In this document: piece after piece, positions 57,300 through 64,000 of the stretch
How positions within the stretch are numbered: the first letter of the stretch is position 1
Layout of the letters: every line of letters begins with the position of its first letter
Origin: an uncultured Acidobacteriota bacterium
Lineage (GTDB): Bacteria > Acidobacteriota > Thermoanaerobaculia > UBA5066
DNA: 64,000 bases
NCBI GenBank assembly: GCA_963779415.1
Contig: CAVZYA010000002.1
Coordinates: forward strand, 768,001 to 832,000
Direction of reading: 5' to 3'
Position numbers and translations under genes: made by a program
The notes under the pieces: generated by a model
Seen by the model: the letters and a program-made list of their open reading frames with translations, nothing else
Database searches by the model: none
What the model was told of the DNA's origin: nothing

Positions 57300-58868
57300 T
57301 CACTTCGCTCCCTTCCCGTTCTTGCGGAATGCGAACCGGGCCCCGCCGTGGATCACGACGCCGGCGAGGGTGACGGCGAGGAAGGCGATGCCGGAGCGGT
57401 CGACCCACGGGCTGCGGTCCCGCCCCGGCATGTAGAAACCCCCGAGCTGCGCCAGCCGCCCGCCCGTGCGCGCGTGACACTCGGTGCAGGTGACGGCCTT
57501 TCCCTTCGGGGCGATCATGTGGTTGACGGGCCAGTACATCTCCGTCCGGGCGAAGGCGTAGTGGCCGCTGTACGGAAGGCCGATGTCCTTCATCCCTTCC
57601 TCGGCCGCCCGTTCCCAGTTGAACTCCGCCCAGTAACCCCCGTCGCCCGGGTGAGACGAGTAGAGCTTCGGCTGGATCAGGTAGTCGTTCCCCTCGTCGT
57701 AGATCTGGCTGGCGCGGTGGATCTTGACCGGGACGATCTTCGAGTCCGGGTCGTCGTAGCTGCCGTCGAGCGGGTTCAGGACGAGGGGCACTTTCGGGTC
57801 GAACTTGTCGCCGATGAGGTAATGCGAGGCCGTCCCGTTGAACCAGATGTAGTCGGGCTTGATGTTCTTGCCCCAGACGAACGACCCCTTGATCGACATG
57901 TAGACGTCGGTCCCGCTGGCGTCCTTCTCCTCGTACGGCTCGCCGTCCTTCAGCTTTCCCGCCGCCGACCAGTCCCACGCGAGCTTCGTCGGATTGACCT
58001 TCGCGTAGGTGGGGATGTGGCACGTCTGGCAGGCGACCTTGTAGGTATGGTCGTTCAGGACGTCGTCGGCGTGCGGCATCGCCGTGTGGCATGTCTCGCA
58101 CTCCACGCGGTTCCGGTTCATCGAAGAGACCGAGTACATCTTCCCGAGCATCTGGTGCTTTTCGGCCGTGTGGCAGTCGACGCACTGCATGTCGAGTCCG
58201 TCGGTGGCCATGTGAACGTCGACGTCGCGGGTCGTGTCGAAGAGGGCCATCTCCAGGTCCCCGTGCTTGACGTTGTTCCCGCCGCCGCCGAAGAAGTGAC
58301 AGGTACCGCAGTTCGTCCTTTGCGGCCTGCCGACGTGCTGCGCGACGTTGGTCAGGTTGACCGAAGGGTCGGGCATTCCCGCCCCTCCCGCAGCCTTCAC
58401 GTACGTGGACGTGTTGTCGTGGCAGGCGAGGCAGTCGACGTTGAGCGGGTCCTTCAGGTCGAACGTCGCGTCCGCCCAGCCGTAGCCGATGTGGCATTTG
58501 TCGCAGCTTCTCTGGCTGCCCGAGACCCCGATGCAGAAGTTGTTCAGGATGTTCCTCTTGCCGACCTCGCGGATCCCCTTGCCTTCGATGTACTCCGTCC
58601 GGTCCCAGTTCCAGTGCGAGGACTTCATCACCTCCGCAGCGCGCCCGTTGTGGCAGGAGATGCACGCGGCGGTGACGTCCTGGGGCCTCTTGAAGGAGAC
58701 CTTGAGTTGCGCGAAGCGGGAGTGGTCGACCGACGACTTCGACTTGTGCGAGAAGCGCTCCTTCAGCTTCGAAAGGGGCGTCTCCTCGGAGACGTTCTTC
58801 CTGAGAGCGCTGTAGGCGAGTCCCAGGATCGCGGCGAGGGCCAGAAGGGTTGCGAAGATTCGTTTCAT
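57300..58868 (-). CDS. Octaheme c-type cytochrome, tetrathionate reductase (OTR) family
   Basis: Eight CxxCH motifs (CISCH, CDKCH, CLACH, CGTCH, CVDCH, CETCH, CQTCH, CTECH); 'HWNW', 'NNFC', 'GGGGNNVKHGDL', 'CHIP'. Confidence 0.92.
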   Translation of the reverse strand: MKRIFATLLALAAILGLAYSALRKNVSEETPLSKLKERFSHKSKSSVDHSRFAQLKVSFKRPQDVTAACISCHNGRAAEVMKSSHWNWDRTEYIEGKGIREVGKRNILNNFCIGVSGSQRSCDKCHIGYGWADATFDLKDPLNVDCLACHDNTSTYVKAAGGAGMPDPSVNLTNVAQHVGRPQRTNCGTCHFFGGGGNNVKHGDLEMALFDTTRDVDVHMATDGLDMQCVDCHTAEKHQMLGKMYSVSSMNRNRVECETCHTAMPHADDVLNDHTYKVACQTCHIPTYAKVNPTKLAWDWSAAGKLKDGEPYEEKDASGTDVYMSIKGSFVWGKNIKPDYIWFNGTASHYLIGDKFDPKVPLVLNPLDGSYDDPDSKIVPVKIHRASQIYDEGNDYLIQPKLYSSHPGDGGYWAEFNWERAAEEGMKDIGLPYSGHYAFARTEMYWPVNHMIAPKGKAVTCTECHARTGGRLAQLGGFYMPGRDRSPWVDRSGIAFLAVTLAGVVIHGGARFAFRKNGKGAK

Positions 58869-59145
58869 CTGTCGTCGTCCTATTCGATCGGGTGTCTCGG
58901 GGCAAGCGACCGCGTCACCTTCCATTCAAGAAGAGCGCCAGAGGGGTTGGAGGAGACTTCCGAGCGAATACCTCCTGTGAATCGGCGTGCGAGACCTATC
59001 GTTTGATCCGCCGGGGCGCGACGTGCGGGGACGCTGAACAGTGCGAAACGTTTCGACGTGGACACCCTGTCGCAACAGAGTGCGCGCCGGGCACGGCTCG
59101 CCCGATGGTGATCGAAACAAGTCCGTCGACTTTTTCTCTTTCCTT

Positions 59146-59167
59146 ATTACGAGCATATGCTCATAAT
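59146..59167. promoter_or_regulatory. Second copy of the DUF134-associated palindrome
   Basis: ATTACGAGCATATGCTCATAAT (one mismatched pair); its CATAAT lies 8 nt before the GTG start. Confidence 0.75.
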
Positions 59168-59175
59168 GCTCGATC

Positions 59176-59559
59176 GTGCCTCGACCTTCCTGCCTCCGCC
59201 ACGTGACCTGCCGCCCGTCGGCGCCGCTCTTCAAGCCTGCCGGCATCCCGGCCACCCTTCTGGAGGAGATCGTCCTGACGCTCGACGAACTCGAGGCCCT
59301 TCGCCTCGCGGACCTCGAAGGTCTTCATCAGGAGGACGCCGGCGCCCGGATGGGGATCTCCCGCCCGACGTTCGGCCGCGTCGTCGAGGCGGCCCGGCGA
59401 AAGGTGACGGAGGCGCTGACGGCCGGGAAGGCCCTCCGGATCGAGGGAGGGCCGGTCTGCCCCTCCGGGCGGCCGCGGGGCCGCTGCGCGGCCTGCAGCT
59501 CCGGCTCGACAGCATTACCGGTAACTCGCCAGGGACCCGAACGAAAGGAGCCCAAATGA
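59176..59559 (+). CDS. DUF134 HTH protein (copy 2)
   Basis: 'MPRP', 'FKPAG', 'DELEALRLADLEGL.QEDA..RMGISRPTFGR'. Confidence 0.9.
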   Translation: MPRPSCLRHVTCRPSAPLFKPAGIPATLLEEIVLTLDELEALRLADLEGLHQEDAGARMGISRPTFGRVVEAARRKVTEALTAGKALRIEGGPVCPSGRPRGRCAACSSGSTALPVTRQGPERKEPK

Positions 59560-59960
59560 ATCTCTGTCTTCCCATCACCCGAAACCTCGGACTGAAGAGC
59601 CCCGTCAGCGCGCACTTCGGCTCTGCGCCGCTCTTCCTCGTCGTCGACACCGAAAGCGGGAGGTGCCGCGAGATCCCGAACCGCAACCAGCACCACGCCC
59701 ACGGGATGTGTCAGCCCCTGGAGTCGCTCGCCGGAGAGCGCTTCGACGGAATCGTCGTTGGAGGAATCGGCCAGGGAGCGCTCGGAAAGCTCCGGGCGGC
59801 CGGTATCCGGGTCTTCCTGGCAAACGCCTTCACCGTCGAGGAAGCGGTCGCGGCGCTCACGTCGGGCGCTCTCGAGGAGGTCTCCCCGGCCACGGCGTGC
59901 GCAGGCCACGCTCACGAAGGGGCGGACCACACCCATAGGTTGACCTTGCCGACGCATTAG
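59556..59960 (+). CDS. NifB/NifX-family (Fe-Mo cofactor-binding domain) protein
   Basis: 'VSAHFGSAPLF', 'HHAHGMC', 'GGIGQGA', His-rich tail; GGAG RBS and ATGA overlap. Confidence 0.85.
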   Translation: MNLCLPITRNLGLKSPVSAHFGSAPLFLVVDTESGRCREIPNRNQHHAHGMCQPLESLAGERFDGIVVGGIGQGALGKLRAAGIRVFLANAFTVEEAVAALTSGALEEVSPATACAGHAHEGADHTHRLTLPTH

Positions 59961-60014
59961 AGAAAGTGCTCCCGGCCGGGGAGCGCTGGTACGCATCTCG
60001 CAGGGACTCCCGGC

Positions 60015-60320
60015 GTGGACGGGGAAAACCTGCTTCCGGGAGAGCGCCTCTGCGAAGGTTCCGACTGGACGCCCGAAGCCGCCGCCGTGGCGGCCGGTCG
60101 GCGCGGAATTCATCTCACGCCGGTCCACTGGCAGGTCCTCGGCTGCGCGCGCGAGGAGTGCCTGAGGACGCGGCACGTACCCGACGCCCGCACGCTGGCG
60201 TTGAGGACCGGGATTAGCCGGGACGAGATCGAGCGCCTCTTCCCGGGAGGTGCGTGGGCCGTCATTGCGGAGATTGCGGGGATGGAGCCCCCGAAAGGGG
60301 CCCACGACCCGACGACCTGA
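60015..60320 (+). CDS. TusE/DsrC-like protein lacking the C-terminal Cys
   Basis: 'DWTPE.A...A...GI.LT..HW.V...R', 'LFPGG', 'IAGM.PP.G'. Confidence 0.65.
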   Translation: MDGENLLPGERLCEGSDWTPEAAAVAAGRRGIHLTPVHWQVLGCAREECLRTRHVPDARTLALRTGISRDEIERLFPGGAWAVIAEIAGMEPPKGAHDPTT

Positions 60321-60381
60321 CACAAATCCCGATCGAACGAACCGCGGACCCGGCAGGCCCGCCTTTGAGAGGAGTGCCTCG

Positions 60382-61637
60382 ATGAAATCCCGGATGACCT
60401 TCGCCCTCGCTATTCTCTTCACCATCGCCGTCGCCGCCCCCGCCCTCGCGACCGACGGCTACTTCCAGCTCGGCTACGGCACGCCGTACGTCGGGCAGGC
60501 GGGCGCCGGCGTCGCGCTCTCGCTCAACACGATGGCTCCCGCCACGAACCCGGCCGCGAACGCCTTCGTCCTCGGGTACGACGTCGACCTCGGCTTCTTC
60601 AACCCGAACCGCCAGTTCACGGTCACGGGGAACCCTTCCGGCTACCCCGGCACCTTCGGCCTGCAACCCGGAACCGTGAAGAGCGGCAATTCCCTCTTCC
60701 TCGTCCCCGGCCTCGGCGCCAACTGGAAGCTGAACGACACCATGACGCTCGGCGTCGCGATCTACGGCAACGGCGGCATGAACACGAGCTACGCCGAGTC
60801 GGTCTTCTACGCCGGCCGGACCGGAGTCAACCTCTCCCAGATGTTCATCGCCCCGACGTTCACGATCACGGTCGCCAAGAACCACGCCTTCGGCGTCACC
60901 CCGATCGTCTCCTTCCAGCGCTTCCAGGCCGAGGGCGTCCAGAGCTTCGCCCCCTTCTCGTCCAGCCCGGGAGACCTCTCGAACAAGGGCTACGACGAGT
61001 CCTTCGGCGTCGGGCTCCGGGTCGGATACCTCGGGAAGCTCACCCCGTGGCTCTCCGTCGGCGCCTCCTACCAGACCGAGACCGAGATGGCCAAGTTCAA
61101 GAACTATTCCGGCCTCTTCGCCGAGCAGGGGGACTTCGACATCCCGTCCAACTGGACCGTCGGGCTCGCCGTCAAGCCGGTCGAGAGCCTGACCTTCGCC
61201 TTCGACGTGCAGGAGATCTACTACAGCCATACCGAGTCGATCGGGAACCCGATGCTCCCGAACCTGATGACGGCGCCGCCTCGGCGACGACGGCGGCGCG
61301 GGCTTCGGCTGGCAGAACGTCACCGCCTACAAGTTCGGCGTCCAGTGGATGGCGGCCGAGGGACTGGCCCTCCGGGCGGGCTACGCCTACGCGAAGCAGC
61401 CGATCCCCGAGTAGCGAGGTCCTCTTCAACATCCTCGCGCCCGGCGTCATCGAGCAGCACGTCACGGCCGGCGTCAGCAAGTGCCTCGGCAAGAAGGCCG
61501 TCCTCCACTTCTCCGTCGTCCGCGCACTCTCCCACTCCGTCACCGGTCCGAACCCGCTCGAGGCCCCCGGCCAGCAGACCATCGAGCTGAAGATGGACCA
61601 GTGGCTCTTCGACATCGGGGCGTCGTTCGGCTTCTGA
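60382..61637 (+). CDS. FadL/OmpP1/TodX-family outer membrane channel; frameshifts near 61280 and 61410
   Basis: Signal peptide, 'GQAGAGVA', 'NPA', 'YGNGGMNT', 'NILAPGV.E.H', C-terminal Phe; AGGAG RBS. Confidence 0.8.
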
Positions 61638-61706
61638 CCTCGAGAGCAGCGACTCGCACGTTCTTCCGGGCGGCTCGTCGGGTACTCTCGGGGCCGGGGA
61701 GGAATC

Positions 61707-62631
61707 CTGACGACGCAAGCCCAGGGGCACGGCCATGCCCCTCCCGCACTCTCTTTGGACCGGAGACTCTGGCTGGGGGTATTTCTCAACGTCCTCATCA
61801 CGGCCGCGGAGGTCATCGGCGGTCTCGCGAGCGGAAGCCTCGCGCTTCTCTCCGACGCTCTTCACAATGCGAGCGACGTCGCCGCTCTCCTTCTCGCGAT
61901 CGGGGCCCGGGCCCTCGGCCGCAAGGCACCGACGACGCGCTTCTCGTACGGGTTCCGGCGTCTCGAGGTCGTTGCCGCGCTCGTCAATGCGGCGGTCCTC
62001 GTCGGCCTGACGGTGCTCGTCGGGAGGGAGGCCATCGGGCGGCTCGGACATCCCTCGGCCGTGAACGGACAGACGATGCTGGCCGTCGCGCTGGTGGCGT
62101 TCGTAGCGAACGTGGCGGCCGTCCTCCTCCTGGGACGGCACGAAAAGCACGACCTGAACGTCCGCGGAGCCTTTCTCCACCTTCTGCAGGATGCGTCTCG
62201 CCTCCCTCGTCGTCGTCGTGGTGGCGCTCCTTGCGGGAACACGACACGGTCCGTGGCTCGACCCGGCCGCTTCGCTCCTGATCGGCGCCGCGGTCGTCGT
62301 CAGCGCGGGACGGTTGATCTGGGAGAGCGTCCGGATCCTCGTCGAGGCGTCTCCCTCCGGTCTGGACGTCGAGGAGCTGGCGGCGGGACTCGACGAGGCC
62401 TTCGCTCCGGCCCGGTTCCACCACCTCCACGCCTGGACGGTCGGCCCCGGGCAGGTGGCCCTCACCGCTCACGTGAAGCTGGAGGACGGAAGCCTCGAAG
62501 AGATAGAGAGACTTCTCGAGGCGGTCCGAAGGCTCCTCGCGGAGCGATGGGACATCCATCACGCGACGCTGGAGCCGGAGAGGGAACGCTGCTCGGGAGA
62601 CGACGTACCGGAGCGATGGAAGGCCCGCTGA
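61707..62631 (+). CDS. CDF-family cation efflux transporter (CzcD-like); frameshift near 62200, start uncertain
   Basis: 'SLALLSDALHN.SD', 'SYGFRRLE', 'LNVRGAFLH', 'HHLHAW', 'HATLE.E'. Confidence 0.85.
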
Positions 62632-62653
62632 ACGGGGAGTCGTCCGGCCGGCG

Positions 62654-63814
62654 TCACTCCGCGAGCGTGAACTCCCATCCGCAGTGCCCCTCTGCCTCCG
62701 GGTCCGGCGGGCAGAGGAGGCACCGGGTCGTGATGCGCGTGTCGACCGTCCGTGCGAAGGTCTCGAACTCCACCTGTCCGACGGGACGGCACGGGAAGTC
62801 CGGGAGGCCCTTTCGCCGGCGCGTCTCCTGGACGCGGCAGGACGTCATGAAGAAGCGGAGGACCCGGCCGTCCCGCTCGATCCGGCTCGGGTTCACGAAG
62901 CTGTAGGCCCGGAAGGAGAGCGCCCGCGCGAGAGCGTCGAGGCCGCCCCCCTTCGGGATCGCATACGTCTCCATGATCCGGCGCGCCTCGGCGGCCGCGA
63001 ACCGGTGCCACGCCGCGGCGTCCAGCTCCATGGCGGTCTCCATCCCGTACCGCTCCTCGGCCGCGAGGAACCAGCTCCCGTCGTGGGCCAGCCAGTTCTT
63101 CGCAAAGACGTCGAGGGCCTTGAAGAGGCCGTCGCGGTCGAGCGCCTCGAAGGCCGGCGGCGCCGCGGCACGCGCCGCGCCCGCGCTCTTGCGGAAGGCC
63201 GCGAAGCGTTCGTGGTGTACCTCCCCGACGCCGGTCTCCTCGAGCCCGAGACCCGAGAGGAAGCCGCGGGCCAGATCGAGGGTCACGGGGCCCTCCGGGT
63301 GGACCCCGCCCTCCGCCGCGTGGACGCGCGCTGCGAAGTCGAAACCCTCCCGGGAGAAGTCGGCGAGCAGAAGAACGCCGCCGGGCCGCACGACGCGGAC
63401 GATCTCGCGGAGGACGGGCGCGCCCTCCGCGAGATGGTGGAGGACGTTGAACGAGACGGCGGACGCGAACGCCCCGTCCGCGAAAGGAAGCGCGGCTCCG
63501 TCCGCCGGCGTGAAGCGAATGCGCGAATCGAGGCCGGTTCCCTCCGTCAGGGAGGCGGCGACCTCCTGATCTCCGGCGTTCGGGTCGACGCTCTCGACGG
63601 GGAGACCGCGGCGTGCGAGTTCGCGCGCCATGACGCCCATTCCCGTTCCAAGATCGAGGACGGGGCCGTCGAGCGGGCCCGCCCCGTCGAGGACGAGGGA
63701 GGCGGCAAGCTCCCCGTCGTGTCCGAGGGCGACGAAAGCCTCCCTGCGCTTCCGGGAGGACTCCTTCCGTCGTGATATCTCGTCCGCGGTCAGCGTCGTG
63801 CGCTCAGTGTCCAT
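62654..63814 (-). CDS. SAM methyltransferase fused to a DUF6125-like C-terminal domain
   Basis: 'VLDLGTGMG', 'LPFADG.F', 'LHHL', 'RPGG'; then 'WLAHDGSWF', 'CRVQ..R.RKGL.DFPC', 'CPPD', 'C.WEF'. Confidence 0.75.
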   Translation of the reverse strand: MDTERTTLTADEISRRKESSRKRREAFVALGHDGELAASLVLDGAGPLDGPVLDLGTGMGVMARELARRGLPVESVDPNAGDQEVAASLTEGTGLDSRIRFTPADGAALPFADGAFASAVSFNVLHHLAEGAPVLREIVRVVRPGGVLLLADFSREGFDFAARVHAAEGGVHPEGPVTLDLARGFLSGLGLEETGVGEVHHERFAAFRKSAGAARAAAPPAFEALDRDGLFKALDVFAKNWLAHDGSWFLAAEERYGMETAMELDAAAWHRFAAAEARRIMETYAIPKGGGLDALARALSFRAYSFVNPSRIERDGRVLRFFMTSCRVQETRRRKGLPDFPCRPVGQVEFETFARTVDTRITTRCLLCPPDPEAEGHCGWEFTLAE

Positions 63815-63850
63815 ATATCACAAGATAATCATAAAGTTATATATGGTCAA
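63813..63850 (-). promoter_or_regulatory. Leaderless sigma-70 promoter with inverted-repeat operator
   Basis: Minus strand TTGACC-N17-TATCTT-N7-ATG; ATATATCAC-N14-GTTATATAT inverted repeat. Confidence 0.7.
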
Positions 63851-63860
63851 CCCCCGACGG

Positions 63861-64000
63861 TCATATTCCGAGGAAGCCGACGACGAGGCCCGTGACGACG
63901 ATGACTCCGCCCGCGACCGCGTCGCCCCACCGGTCGAGGAAGGGGACGCGGAGCCGGACGGCGCCGGCACGGGCGGAAAGGGCGAGCGGAATCATCGTCC
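63861..64000 (-). CDS. 3' end of a membrane protein (partial, possibly a metal-transport family)
   Basis: '...PFLDRWGDAVAGGVIVVTGLVVGFLGI*'; runs off the window. Confidence 0.45.
   Translation of the reverse strand, partial: TMIPLALSARAGAVRLRVPFLDRWGDAVAGGVIVVTGLVVGFLGI

Noticed and set aside
58900-59090. Sigma-54 promoter for the otr operon
   Set aside because: Minus-strand TTGC elements lack a GG at the required 12-bp spacing.
59556-60320. Nitrogen fixation or dissimilatory sulfite reduction genes
   Set aside because: NifB/NifX-family and DsrC-like domains are widespread outside those pathways, and there is no nifHDK or dsrAB here.

Overview
GC-rich bacterial chromosomal DNA. Gene content (Oar-type TonB receptor, several GT-C/TPR membrane proteins, PrsK/PrsR-like pair) suggests an Acidobacteriota-like genome; this is inference. 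Many genes are split by 1-bp frameshifts, most likely uncorrected long-read errors. Five blocks: (1) 1-30 kb, envelope and peptidoglycan/amino-sugar recycling genes (SH3-NlpC/P60-beta-lactamase-like fusion, Tat-signal dipeptide epimerase, NagX-like, nagA, murQ, GlcNAc kinase, TonB receptor, APC permease). (2) Embedded at 10.1-18.6 kb, the most striking locus: a sensor-less PrsK-like kinase and PrsR-like sigma-54 activator, a clear -24/-12 promoter with candidate enhancer sites, a small leader plus 17x(AAAPRG) repeat peptide, and a convergent operon encoding an RRE/PqqD-like-M50 peptidase-membrane fusion protein and a multi-GAF-membrane fusion protein. This is a candidate ABC-independent peptide processing/export system. 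(3) 30.2-39.1 kb, a lower-GC defence island (type I R-M, HEPN protein, AbiEi plus AbiEii fused to WYL-like and Zn-ribbon domains). (4) 39-48 kb, housekeeping genes (topoisomerase II B subunit, DUF4912-GH57 fusion, TrmJ-like, PnuC/NadR-like, M23). (5) 48-64 kb, a sulfur/metal/respiration region: two DUF134 genes each preceded by the same 22-bp palindrome, an octaheme tetrathionate reductase-cyt b-YeeE-cydAB operon, DPS-like, NifB/NifX, Cys-less TusE/DsrC-like, FadL-like and CDF genes. Many first genes appear leaderless (TANNNT 6-9 nt before the start codon). No rRNA, tRNA, CRISPR array or integrase was seen. Family assignments come from motif recognition, not database searches.
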